Below, one piece after another: positions 30,901-39,851 of a DNA stretch of 64,000 nt (positions within the stretch are counted from its first letter, which is position 1; each line of letters starts with the position of its first letter). Under the pieces are notes generated by a model. The model ran no database searches. It saw only the letters and a list, made by a program, of their open reading frames with translations, and had not been told where the DNA came from. A program made the translations under genes and the position numbers. The stretch is from a virus: positions 19,591-83,590 of IMG/VR virus record IMGVR_UViG_3300021185_001145. One strand, 5' to 3'.

Positions 30901-31699
30901 TTGTATAGATATAATCCTGATAGATTGTTTGACCTGTTAAAGCGAAAACGTCATGGTTGTCATCGTTTAAGAAACGTATAGATGTGACTGTTTCCCACTT
31001 ACCATCAGATGCACGAAGAATATCATTTTTAGGATAATAGAATTCGACATTCTCATTGAACAGAATGTTGAATAGAAATTGATAAGATTTCTCTGTACCT
31101 TTAGATGCATAGAATGAACGAATGTTCTTGATAAGAAACTTCTTATCAATTTCAATATCTTTTGGAATCTGTTTTAAGAATTCTGTTTCAAGTTGCTGTA
31201 AGTATAAATCAATACTTGTATCTACATCTGCGTTTGATGTAACGTTTTGAAGATTATAATCAACTTGACCTGGAGATGCTAACCACTCATAGTATGCCTC
31301 AAGAAAACGTTGAAACATAGGATATTCGGCAGAAACAAACCCGGGTAGTTGGTCACCAAGAGCATGTTTAATCGAAGTATCAATGTGCTTTACATTTGTA
31401 AGCGACCCACCCATAGTGAGGTGATTGCCACACTGATAGAACAGTTTTGGCACAGGACCCATCGGAAGAACAATCTGAACAAGACCCTGAGATGTACCAT
31501 TACCAGTAACTTGAAAATCATAAGCGGAGCCATCACCCAAAACTCTATCAGTTTTGATGTAGAATGGATGACCAGGAGCCTGTACATTAAAAATGTAAGT
31601 AGTATTACTTTGCAAATCTAATGGTGGATTTGCAACTCCGTTTATTAGATAACCGCCATTATTCGGGGCAGCCGTGACTGTGTAAGTATATGTCTTCAT
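27992..31699 (-). CDS. gp7: Baseplate wedge initiator with N-terminal cupredoxin-like domain
   Basis: FLEAYYEWL, FYASKGTEKSYQFLFNILF, LQDNKYYQTFSY, LVHPSGMELFG; lies between gp6 and gp8. Confidence 0.85.
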   Translation of the reverse strand: MKTYTYTVTAAPNNGGYLINGVANPPLDLQSNTTYIFNVQAPGHPFYIKTDRVLGDGSAYDFQVTGNGTSQGLVQIVLPMGPVPKLFYQCGNHLTMGGSLTNVKHIDTSIKHALGDQLPGFVSAEYPMFQRFLEAYYEWLASPGQVDYNLQNVTSNADVDTSIDLYLQQLETEFLKQIPKDIEIDKKFLIKNIRSFYASKGTEKSYQFLFNILFNENVEFYYPKNDILRASDGKWETVTSIRFLNDDNHDVFALTGQTIYQDYIYTNPETNLQETRTWATAKVERIIQFFLGDTLITEAYLSNVTGLGDFLSSTSDDVDDREFVYYKDTSNNPYYFRIVPMVTTIEVTSKGTGYSAGTLLDIDTAVGDSGVGASAQISSIFPGNIQGLNLVNKGINYQVNDPVVFESTAAIGGSGASAFVSKVSEDGMEYAAGSTDYTGRGVSGAPILNFEVADVLNGDTTTFAKSYIFKVEGPGVWTATGLLNNISANDYNGTVLFDYFNVWVGDDLATVQAAPVGDADIAVTNQALISNYTLGTDVIDGDKFIRIEFTASITGATYDAGQGETAEMSVSFTSNFLADGSIKELKMANFGSGYRSVPVATIQSATGTGATITSDGSNIGRIKEVKLLNQNFGALYYANPSIDLSSLGNGDASVTLGTGSIARHPGIFRNDDGHLSEAKYLQDNKYYQTFSYVLRTGLSIENYRDTIKKLVHPSGMELFGEVFITNNLRAGLYNNFTSDPNDLVVSERLGGLQIPKYKKTIMLFKTDFTETVTYGGLGNKTGEIYQPPSVVGSSNSGDGRFVTNPTNLKNFALRIPEIRMEFRDLDVTPIPVLEFPTRSDIENIIVENTVEVSKAITILNTDELNTQLKSDTLFRKTVIKKEFGQAQRLPELQIKIPTILEKSLPEVTWSSQFKNVVLVGVGELRDLDGNQSISDVDAIFTDIKDWAKDLSLHVRIDSQLVDKYTTQVLDITLNANAEVETFRTIERTTELDIDVQSPVPVSHFEEEISLNLNREVSTSTFRRPTISKVLDLSVAMQREIHRHWTTHNYLLTSPQSVSVEMQVAEPGLQEITILSGFKELHEYGDLIIDDISSETIRSLDPTFLQVLPRDFIYRNIPIEKLVLEAELNVAVQDAGQHIKRLIFRNADLTVETTLHRKLGFAEEIETKVVGRDETQQFNKNMNLFNGFIYKIEDETIEGLDPDNTQIRSIANSQLVSTNLIGYIRDSSDNIIGTLP

Positions 31700-31702
31700 G
31701 GA

Positions 31703-33613
31703 TTAATACCCAGAACTGCTAGAACTACTGGAACTGCTTGATGTTGTTCCTGAGTAGGAAACACCTGTATTAATTGTTTCACCAACTGCGAGGTTTGTTG
31801 CACCAACATATCTTGTCTGAGCATCAACCGCAGTTACGAGAATATCACCTTCAAGTATCTCCAAAATCTGATTTCTTACTGAGAATATGTCTTGATTTCT
31901 TGGATGAATTTCAACTACAAGTTCTTCATCTGCCGCACCCTCGGGTGTGAATGTTGCGCTGAATACGCCTGTGTCATAATTCACAAGACCTTTGTTTGTA
32001 TCCACTAATCGTCTTTCACCAATAATATCTCTGTAAATGTTAATGGTACCAGCCCCATCATCAGAAAGATAGCAGTTAGGTTCGCCGAAATATGTAAACC
32101 CAGAAGTCTTAATCGAACCAAAGTGACCGACATGCGGATAAAATATTGCGTTTGAAAAAGATGCACTTACTGATTTAGATTTATTTGGAGTAAGAGGAAT
32201 CTTTGTCGCAAGTTTAATTGATAGAGAAGAGTTTTCAATTGAAGGCGTAGAGGAATCAATTGTTCTCAAAAACTTAGAGTATTTAAAATATGAATTAAAT
32301 TGCTCTAAGTCAATACGAGAAAAGTCAAGAATGCTTGCTTTGATTGCGCTTTCAATCAGCGTAGCAGATGCCGCACCAATTTCTCTATTGAAATATGCTT
32401 GAACTGAAGGTTTGATAAAGATATAAGATGGGTCTACAATCTCAGGAGTAATAGACACAACATTATTTACTTTAAGAATACTATCTTTAATTTGCTCTTT
32501 TGCAACTTCATTAATTGTAAATCCTGATTTAGGTTTCAGAGCAATAAATACTTTACCGTAAACAGGTGGGTCGTTAGTTTCTCCACCCCAAGAAGATACT
32601 GCTTGAACATCAGCATAGTTTTGTAGAATGCTTGTTTGGTAATCAGTAGCAGTTACAACACGACTTTGTGCATTAAAGTTTAGAGGCGCAAGATATCGGA
32701 TACTTTCAATGTCTTCTCTATCAGCACCACCAGAAGATTTAGTATTGCCTGCATCAAGAATAACAGTTTGCTCATAACCATTAATTGGTGATGTGAATGC
32801 GAATCCTGAAGCGTTGTTTGCATCAGCACCAGATGTTGAAATATACTCAATAATAACAACATTGTCATGGGCAAGGCTTTTGCCGACAGTACCGTTACCG
32901 AAATAGACTTCATACTTACCATTCTCTACTTCTTGTAAAAAGAAGACGGCTGAAGTTGTACCTAGACCTGTAATAGAAGTTGTCTTACTGAATTGAGTTG
33001 TTTCTAGGTTAGTTGAAGACCTCTGAACTTTAACATTCAGTGTAGATGTGTCTGCGTTTGGATTTTCTAAAACAAATCTTTGTGAAGGATTGTTTTTATC
33101 GTAAGTAAATCTCTGTTCAATCTTAGTACCTTCATACAAATATATATTTCTTGTTTTGAAGATATTATAGTCACCTTCTGTACGATTGAAGATTGCATTT
33201 TCAGATTCCAAAGTATTGAAATAATATGCAGTCTTATCAATAGTAGTTTTGTATTTTGTGTATTTGGGTACAACAACACTTGTCGGAATCGGTGAGACTG
33301 AAGTAGGTACTTTAACTTCAATGCTTACAAGAACCTTAGAACTTGCTTCTGAGCGTGGAGTATAACCCAACATCTTTGCTCTTGAAACAACATTATCTCT
33401 TTGCTTTGCTGTATCTAAGAACATTTCGTTTGATATCATGTTCATGTAGAACGCATTATAGTGCGTATTGTACGCAAGCAAATCCAATAAGACCGCCATG
33501 GAAGAACCCTCAAAATCAAAATCTTTAAATTCAGTTTGATTTTGTAAAAACCCTTTAAGGTTTGCCTTAATGGAATCAAAGTCTAGTTCATTGACTTTTA
33601 GATTTTCTGCCAT
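31703..33613 (-). CDS. gp6: Baseplate wedge subunit
   Basis: ELDFDSIK, DFDFEGS...LLAYNTHY, LGYTPRS, RVVTATDY, WGGE..PPVYGKVFI. Confidence 0.97.
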   Translation of the reverse strand: MAENLKVNELDFDSIKANLKGFLQNQTEFKDFDFEGSSMAVLLDLLAYNTHYNAFYMNMISNEMFLDTAKQRDNVVSRAKMLGYTPRSEASSKVLVSIEVKVPTSVSPIPTSVVVPKYTKYKTTIDKTAYYFNTLESENAIFNRTEGDYNIFKTRNIYLYEGTKIEQRFTYDKNNPSQRFVLENPNADTSTLNVKVQRSSTNLETTQFSKTTSITGLGTTSAVFFLQEVENGKYEVYFGNGTVGKSLAHDNVVIIEYISTSGADANNASGFAFTSPINGYEQTVILDAGNTKSSGGADREDIESIRYLAPLNFNAQSRVVTATDYQTSILQNYADVQAVSSWGGETNDPPVYGKVFIALKPKSGFTINEVAKEQIKDSILKVNNVVSITPEIVDPSYIFIKPSVQAYFNREIGAASATLIESAIKASILDFSRIDLEQFNSYFKYSKFLRTIDSSTPSIENSSLSIKLATKIPLTPNKSKSVSASFSNAIFYPHVGHFGSIKTSGFTYFGEPNCYLSDDGAGTINIYRDIIGERRLVDTNKGLVNYDTGVFSATFTPEGAADEELVVEIHPRNQDIFSVRNQILEILEGDILVTAVDAQTRYVGATNLAVGETINTGVSYSGTTSSSSSSSSSSGY

Positions 33614-33614
33614 T

Positions 33615-34016
33615 TTATCTTACTCTCTCTAAAAATGTTTCTACCGTATTGACTGAGGCAACGTTTTCGATATAGAAGTCGATACGAACTTTGAACCCAT
33701 TCTCATCTGGGTATCCTTCTACATTAACACCTTCCAGTGTTATTCTACTTTCAAAGTTCTGCAATACTTCAACGATTGCAAGTTTCAGCATATCTTCAGT
33801 GAATTCACCGAATGGTTCAAACAAAGATGCTCTAATGTTACCACCAATCTCAGGATGAAAAGGTCTTTCATAGTGAGAGGTCATAAGAAGATTAATCATA
33901 GAACGCTTGATTGCTTCAATGTCTTTCACTCGACCCAAGTCGCCAGTGACCGGGTGCGCCATGAAATTCATGTCGAAGTCCGAGTATGTTGCGTTAGGTG
34001 AACTTAATCTTGCCAT
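33615..34016 (-). CDS. gp25: Baseplate wedge subunit
   Basis: YSDFDMNF..HPVTGD, AIKRSMINLLMT..ERPFHPEIG. Confidence 0.96.
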   Translation of the reverse strand: MARLSSPNATYSDFDMNFMAHPVTGDLGRVKDIEAIKRSMINLLMTSHYERPFHPEIGGNIRASLFEPFGEFTEDMLKLAIVEVLQNFESRITLEGVNVEGYPDENGFKVRIDFYIENVASVNTVETFLERVR

Positions 34017-34043
34017 TTCTTTTCCCTAATAAATTCTTACTAT

Positions 34044-34051
34044 TATTTATA
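34044..34051 (-). promoter_or_regulatory. Late promoter for gp25
   Basis: TATAAATA. Confidence 0.75.
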
Positions 34052-34061
34052 CAACGGACGT

Positions 34062-34358
34062 TCACCCGCCTATGCTAACTGTACCAGCCCCACCAGTAAT
34101 CGACCCATCATCACAAGGGTCACCTACTCTTGCCGCCGCTAGTCCCACAATCTTAACTGTACCACTTCCAGCATGAATTGGTGCTGTATGGTCTGCACAG
34201 ACAGGAGGAACAGCATGAGAAACAGTTAAATCTGTTGCACGACATGCAAGCGCACCCTCAATGGTGACAGTACCTTGTGACGGAGTATCAAGCACAGTTG
34301 TCCCATCACATAGGTGTCCTGTATCTACTGCGTCTCCTTCTCTTGCCGATGCTGGCAT
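34062..34358 (-). CDS. gp5.4: PAAR spike tip protein
   Basis: PASAREGD..GH, AAARVGD..C; His/Cys metal ligands; follows gp5. Confidence 0.92.
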   Translation of the reverse strand: MPASAREGDAVDTGHLCDGTTVLDTPSQGTVTIEGALACRATDLTVSHAVPPVCADHTAPIHAGSGTVKIVGLAAARVGDPCDDGSITGGAGTVSIGG

Positions 34359-34387
34359 AACTTCTCCAAATTAATCCAAATTAACCC

Positions 34388-34416
34388 TTGACAGATTTAA
34401 AATAGTGTGTTACTAT
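34388..34416 (+). promoter_or_regulatory. sigma70-type promoter oriented antisense into gp5
   Basis: TTGACA-17 bp-TACTAT with TG extended -10. Confidence 0.6.
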
Positions 34417-34440
34417 ACAGATGTAGCCTTAAATGTATTA

Positions 34441-35457
34441 TTAGTTTATGTCTACTGTTGCACCTTTAAGCACCATTGCGCCTGCGGACTCTAACGTCAT
34501 ATTCCCATCACATTTTTGAGTGATATTCCCAGTTGCTTTTAAATCTACATTACCTGTGACGTTGATTTTTACATCGCCACCTGTGACAGTGACATCAATA
34601 CCACCACCACCATCGACATAGAGAATGACGCCTGCGCCACCACTTGTCTGAACATTCAGACCTTGCCCGATAGATAATATTTGACCGCCTGTGATGGATT
34701 CGTTTAAATTCCCCGTAATAAATTCATTCTTATTATTAACAACCTTGACGTTCATATCACCGCCAGGGTTCATTTCCATACCTGTGCCTGTTCTATGTCT
34801 TACATCAACACGTTCTGCACCTGGGCTGTCATCAATCTCTACTGAGTGACCAGATTCCGAAACTTGTGCTTGATTGTATGGATATACTGCGGCATATGAA
34901 GAAGCAGGTTCATCAAACGTACCTCCAGCACCATCAGGAATACCAGTCTTTGCATCTGCTTCTGCGTTTGCAATACCCGCTGGTTTTGTGCCAGTCGCCG
35001 CACCTGGGGTTCCAGCACCTACAGTATTTACTGCATCTTCAGGTGTTTGTGTATTACCAATTCCAGCAGGTCCTGGTTCGTTTGCAACTGCGGGTGAAGG
35101 TCTATCAGCAAGTGGGTTTGGTCCATCGTCACCTAAATCGTCTGCGTAACCACCGCCACCTTTTGTTGGCGTAATGCCTGTGACAGTTGGTTGCTGTGCC
35201 ATCGGACCATCATTGAAATAACCTACAACCCAATCACCAATTCTTGGTGGCGTAATTGTAGGTGTCGGAGATGGTGGATATACAACAGTAGACCACGGCA
35301 ATGCTTCAGTCGGCAACTGTTCTACATCATCTGTATGAAATCCTAACGCACGAATACGAACACGACCTAGATTTTCTGGGTCATTTCTGTCTACAACTCT
35401 AGCACGGAATTGTACTAGTGGTCCGCCGTTACCCTGATTTGACTTTTCTATTGGCAT
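34441..35457 (-). CDS. gp5: Baseplate hub/spike protein, no lysozyme domain
   Basis: OB-fold DPENLGRVRIRALGFHT..LPWS; YPYN..SESGHSVEIDDSPGAERV; beta-helix repeats. Confidence 0.93.
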   Translation of the reverse strand: MPIEKSNQGNGGPLVQFRARVVDRNDPENLGRVRIRALGFHTDDVEQLPTEALPWSTVVYPPSPTPTITPPRIGDWVVGYFNDGPMAQQPTVTGITPTKGGGGYADDLGDDGPNPLADRPSPAVANEPGPAGIGNTQTPEDAVNTVGAGTPGAATGTKPAGIANAEADAKTGIPDGAGGTFDEPASSYAAVYPYNQAQVSESGHSVEIDDSPGAERVDVRHRTGTGMEMNPGGDMNVKVVNNKNEFITGNLNESITGGQILSIGQGLNVQTSGGAGVILYVDGGGGIDVTVTGGDVKINVTGNVDLKATGNITQKCDGNMTLESAGAMVLKGATVDIN

Positions 35458-35575
35458 CTTTCACCTCACTTATATCTTTCAAATGGTCGAATTCACCGAC
35501 TTCACCTCGTTGAAACATCTCTTCCATGCTTGACGAAGGTTCGTTTTTCAACTTTTCTTTATTTTCTTTTTTCAT
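35447..35575 (-). CDS. Small hypothetical (42 aa, not in ORF track)
   Basis: MKKENKEKLKNEPSSSMEEMFQRGEVGEFDHLKDISEVKRCQ; TAATG coupling with upstream stop. Confidence 0.4.
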
Positions 35576-36420
35576 TATTTACCAAAGAGTTCTTTTGTTT
35601 CTTTTGTTTTTGGGATGTTATTTTTAATCCAGTCAAATATTTGCTTCTGTACTTCTTTACGTTTAATAGGTCGTTTACCTTCTTTTTTAACTGTCAAGTA
35701 GGTAAAGTCTTTAATTACTTTCTCACCCTTACTATTTGGTTTATCAAAGAATATAGTATTTTCTCTGTTATTCAGAATGACTGCAACTTTACCATTGATA
35801 CCTTTTGGGATTGAACCAGATACAATCTGATACATTGTTTTTGCGGCACCCTCATGCGTCTTCAGCAAAATGTCTTCTGGTACAACACGGGCACGATTTG
35901 AGTTATTTGTAACAGCAACACGATAGTTTGTAAGCACCCAAACGATATGTACATTCTTAGGGTCATAACCAACTTCTTGTAGTTTTGGCATAACTTCAGT
36001 AATATCACCAATCTCTTTAAGAGTGATATCGAAAATTATATTTGGTAGTCTGTCTTCCGATACATCAGCGAGAAGACCATCTAATGTTTTATCTTTGATG
36101 CCTGCATCTTTTACTGCCATATGAAGTTTGAATACGTCTTTAGGATTACGCAAATTCAAGTCTGCAAGTTCTGGGAACTTACCTTTTGTTTGGTTTAACT
36201 TTAGAAATGCTTTTTTCCACTCATCAACATCACGAATTTTAAAGTCATTACCTTGAAGAAAGTTTGAGATAGCAAACCCCTTACCTGAACCAGCGCCGCC
36301 AGCAAGAAAAACAATCTGTCCATATTTTTTGCCGCCGTTAAATAGTATTTGCTTTTCTTGCAGGTCTTGAACTTCACTTTCCGTATCGTTCTGCAACCAC
36401 TCGTTAAGTGATAGTCTCAT
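35575..36420 (-). CDS. P-loop kinase, zeta-toxin/AAA_33-like
   Basis: FLAGGAGSGKG Walker A, IIFDITL, NRARVVPEDIL lid-like motif. Confidence 0.7.
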   Translation of the reverse strand: MRLSLNEWLQNDTESEVQDLQEKQILFNGGKKYGQIVFLAGGAGSGKGFAISNFLQGNDFKIRDVDEWKKAFLKLNQTKGKFPELADLNLRNPKDVFKLHMAVKDAGIKDKTLDGLLADVSEDRLPNIIFDITLKEIGDITEVMPKLQEVGYDPKNVHIVWVLTNYRVAVTNNSNRARVVPEDILLKTHEGAAKTMYQIVSGSIPKGINGKVAVILNNRENTIFFDKPNSKGEKVIKDFTYLTVKKEGKRPIKRKEVQKQIFDWIKNNIPKTKETKELFGK

Positions 36421-36434
36421 TGCTTTCTCCTAAA

Positions 36435-37694
36435 TTATGCTTCTGTTTTAACTTCTTCAAATGAACTGTCTTTAGCAACTTGTACAATTTGTCTGTAAGT
36501 TCCTCGGGTAAATGCGTGATTGATTGCAGTAATCATAGCGTTATTACTTAACTGCCTATCCATTGTTTCACCCTCTGTTTCTTTTGCTCCTGGGGAAGGT
36601 AGACGTAAATCAACAACATCACCAATTTTTCTATTAGTAACACCAGGTAGTTTCAAGTCAATTTTAGTTGAACCGAACAATGCTCTTTGAGCAAGTGCCG
36701 CTGGTGCAAATTCTTCAATCCCACTTGCAAACTCTTCTGCCGCATCAGTCAACAGAACACGAATGTTTGAAGAAGGTTCCATTATGTTATTTATCGCTTC
36801 TGCTCCGACAGTCATATTGGGTTCAAGTGATTTGAAACTCTCAAATATATCTGCTAGTTTTGTTTCAGTGATAGTAACTGCACCCGTAACTGGGTCAAAT
36901 ACTTGCATGGTGTTTGCTAATGCACCATTTAACATCTGTTGAAGATTGTTATTCTGTGATAATATTCTAAACTCTTCAATACCTTGCATTGCATTCAGTG
37001 TGTTTGCTTGAACGTTTTGTGGGTTTCTATGTAAGATTTCTCTTTGGTCTGAATCCCTAATCGGTTCAATATCTTCAATCATAGACTGTATGCTTCTAAA
37101 ATGAAACCCTCTCAAATCTTCCCAAAATCTGTAATCTGAACCTGTCGGGTGTGCGGCAGATTGTGCAGTCTTTGACATTTCTAGCAATATTCTTGCTGGT
37201 GGAAAGTTTGGGAATGACATTCTTCTTGGCATAAGAGTAGGTTCTATATCAAACTCTTTGTCAATCGCAAGATTATCATCATACATCTTCTGTGCCATAT
37301 CAGAAATAAGTTCACCATTAAAACCAAAACTAGCAGAAGTTTTCGTATTCTTTATCATCTCATGCGAACAGAAATGACAAACAAGCAACTGCATCTCATT
37401 GGCATCACTTCTGTTTGATACTTTGTAGATATAGAAAGACTGTTCGATTGTGTCTCCACCAGGAGTTTCGAATACAACTTCTAAATGTTCTTCACCAGAA
37501 ATTGGTAGTTTTGAAGCAAGACCTACACCATCCATAAGTGCTAATGTGCCAGTCAAAAAAGGTTTGTACATATCTTCATAAATATGCAACTCTGTCATTA
37601 TTTGGTGTATTTTTACTGGCGTACCTGTTCCATGTTGAGGAATGATATCGAGCGTTATTGGCGTATAGTCAGTTGTATTTGTAATTTGCGACAT
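36435..37694 (-). CDS. Baseplate hub protein (gp27-like)
   Basis: IYEDMYKPFLTGTL.D, LPISGEE, FWEDLRGFHFRSI, ITAINHAF; lies between gp53 and gp5. Confidence 0.7.
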   Translation of the reverse strand: MSQITNTTDYTPITLDIIPQHGTGTPVKIHQIMTELHIYEDMYKPFLTGTLALMDGVGLASKLPISGEEHLEVVFETPGGDTIEQSFYIYKVSNRSDANEMQLLVCHFCSHEMIKNTKTSASFGFNGELISDMAQKMYDDNLAIDKEFDIEPTLMPRRMSFPNFPPARILLEMSKTAQSAAHPTGSDYRFWEDLRGFHFRSIQSMIEDIEPIRDSDQREILHRNPQNVQANTLNAMQGIEEFRILSQNNNLQQMLNGALANTMQVFDPVTGAVTITETKLADIFESFKSLEPNMTVGAEAINNIMEPSSNIRVLLTDAAEEFASGIEEFAPAALAQRALFGSTKIDLKLPGVTNRKIGDVVDLRLPSPGAKETEGETMDRQLSNNAMITAINHAFTRGTYRQIVQVAKDSSFEEVKTEA

Positions 37695-37700
37695 GATGTA

Positions 37701-38477
37701 TTAACTCGTTTTTTTCAAAATAGAAGTCATTTCTGTTACGATGCTTGGTACGAATTCGGGTTTAATTAAACGAACTGCTCTTTTACTTAAATTCAACTCT
37801 TGCTCATAAACAAGATTAGAGACTTCTCTTCTTTCATCTACAGGAACATCTGTGAACTGAGCATAATCTAATTTGTCGCCCGTAGTAGTATTTTCGTAAT
37901 GATGAATTGCTCTTTCTGTTGAGGTTCTATATTGACCAAACTGCAAATTGCCTGTTAGTGTCTCATTATCTCTAATGATTATAGTTTCAGCCTGTCCACC
38001 TTTTTCAAACTTCCCTTTAGTTTCTTCTATGATAATTCTACCCACAGAAGGATTCCATTCTACAACAACACCCTCTGAGGTATCATTAAATATCTTAGAG
38101 CCTGTTGCAATATCACCACTGAACGAGTTTGTGTTCATAGTTATGCCTGGGTATTTTGCTTTCATAAAATTAACGAATGTGTTATAGTTCATACCAAACC
38201 CAAATCGACCATCTTCTTGTAGATTTGTCATTAACACAATCCAGTGAAGACTAATATCGTCATAGTATTTGTGGGCAATCATTTCGGGTGTATCGCCATC
38301 TTGCATATCATAAGTGTAAAACAGTCTTGCATTATCACGGACGACCTGTGCTATTTCTGCACGAACCATAATGTTTCGTACATTCTCTTCAACATCCTGT
38401 ACAGTATATTTTGTTTCAGGATACTTTCTAAAAAGAAGACTTCTTTTTCTTGGTGCGAATTGATTAGTTTCAGCCAT
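37701..38477 (-). CDS. gp53: Baseplate wedge subunit
   Basis: LysM-like DGDTPEMIAHKYY...HWIVLMTN, YEQELN..KRAVRLIKP. Confidence 0.92.
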   Translation of the reverse strand: MAETNQFAPRKRSLLFRKYPETKYTVQDVEENVRNIMVRAEIAQVVRDNARLFYTYDMQDGDTPEMIAHKYYDDISLHWIVLMTNLQEDGRFGFGMNYNTFVNFMKAKYPGITMNTNSFSGDIATGSKIFNDTSEGVVVEWNPSVGRIIIEETKGKFEKGGQAETIIIRDNETLTGNLQFGQYRTSTERAIHHYENTTTGDKLDYAQFTDVPVDERREVSNLVYEQELNLSKRAVRLIKPEFVPSIVTEMTSILKKTS

Positions 38478-38482
38478 GTCGA

Positions 38483-39298
38483 TTACATTCCCGCAATTGT
38501 TTCTTTAGTAAGATACTTTGTTTCTTTGAACTGCAACGTCAAGTCAACTTCTACAGGTTCACCATCAGCATGATATGCGGCGACACCAGAACCAGAATAG
38601 TTTATACTCATATCAACAAGAACTGCATCAACATACCCATTGTATAAATCACCACTACTTACATTGATAGAGAACTTTGAAGGTGGTGTAAAGTATGATG
38701 TTTCGCCTGCGTTTTTGAATGCTGGGTGCATATGATATTTAAACATTTGAATAGCACCTGCAAGCACAGCCATTTCTGATTTATTTTTAGGGAAGAATTT
38801 GAAATCAAATGAGAAGTTTCTAAAACCGATACCTCTAAACATAACCTCCATATGATTGTTTACTGCTTGGTTATTTGCTTTGTTATATGCATCTTGAGTT
38901 CCTGTCAATCCTGTAAAGGATTCTGCACCAGCAAGAGCATTTTGCATTGCACTAGAACCTGCTTCTTTGAGTGCGCCACCAATAGCGGCTGTGTTTACAG
39001 TACCAGCGTCCATCAAAGGCTTTAAGATATTAGAAATCTGACTTTCTTCATAGTTCGCAGAGTATTGAGTTTGCATAGTTTGAGGCATATATAGTCGAAC
39101 AGACCCTGAGGAAAATGCCATCAGATTTGTCGAAACTGGAGTGTTTGGTGCAAACGCTTGACCCATCTCATTCAAAGCAGTGAATGTGATTGAAGGTCCT
39201 TCTCCATCTGGTGGAAACTGAGCGTTACTCGTTCCAAACATACTTTTACCCAACAAAGCGAGTGGGTTTGGTATATTAAATGACAGTGATAATCCCAT
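38483..39298 (-). CDS. gp48: Baseplate tail-tube cap
   Basis: LYMP, FRNFSFDFKFFPKN..E, FKYHMHP, LTLQFKET. Confidence 0.88.
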   Translation of the reverse strand: MGLSLSFNIPNPLALLGKSMFGTSNAQFPPDGEGPSITFTALNEMGQAFAPNTPVSTNLMAFSSGSVRLYMPQTMQTQYSANYEESQISNILKPLMDAGTVNTAAIGGALKEAGSSAMQNALAGAESFTGLTGTQDAYNKANNQAVNNHMEVMFRGIGFRNFSFDFKFFPKNKSEMAVLAGAIQMFKYHMHPAFKNAGETSYFTPPSKFSINVSSGDLYNGYVDAVLVDMSINYSGSGVAAYHADGEPVEVDLTLQFKETKYLTKETIAGM

Positions 39299-39317
39299 TG
39301 GGTTCCCTCTTTTATTT

Positions 39318-39344
39318 TATAAATACTTTACTACATTATTTATA
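39318..39344. promoter_or_regulatory. Face-to-face late promoters for gp4 (+, 39318-39325) and gp48 (-, 39337-39344)
   Basis: TATAAATA on each strand in a 58-bp divergent gap. Confidence 0.8.
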
Positions 39345-39356
39345 AGGACTACATGA

Positions 39357-39809
39357 ATGGCATACAAAGGTAAGTACAAACCCCAAAACCCAGAGAAGTA
39401 CAAAGGCGACCCTACTAAGATTATATATCGTTCTTTGTGGGAACGAAAGTTTATGGTGTATTGCGATACAAATGTAAACATATTGCAGTGGGCAAGTGAA
39501 GAAGTAATCATACCGTACCGTGACCCAACATCAGGCAAGAATAGAAGATACTTTCCCGATTTTTGGGTAAAGATGAAGACTAAAGACGATACTATTGAGT
39601 GTAGTCTAATCGAAGTCAAACCAAAGAAACAACTTAAAGCACCTGACCAATCTAAGAAGTATAACACACCTACTGGGCGTTTGTCAACCAAATATGTGCG
39701 TGAAGTAAAGACTTATGCCGTGAATATGGCAAAGTTTGATGCGGCAAAAGAGTTTTGTGCCGATAGAAAGTGGTCTTGGAAAATTCTTACTGAAGAACAT
39801 TTAACTTAG
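39357..39809 (+). CDS. gp4: Head completion nuclease
   Basis: YKGKYKPQNPEKYKGD, YRSLWE, WASEE, YFPDF, IEVKP. Confidence 0.96.
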   Translation: MAYKGKYKPQNPEKYKGDPTKIIYRSLWERKFMVYCDTNVNILQWASEEVIIPYRDPTSGKNRRYFPDFWVKMKTKDDTIECSLIEVKPKKQLKAPDQSKKYNTPTGRLSTKYVREVKTYAVNMAKFDAAKEFCADRKWSWKILTEEHLT

Positions 39810-39812
39810 TGT

Positions 39813-39820
39813 TATAAATA
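39813..39820 (+). promoter_or_regulatory. Late promoter for gp2
   Basis: TATAAATA. Confidence 0.75.
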
Positions 39821-39851
39821 GTCATATAGGTTTAACTGAGAGATTGTATAC

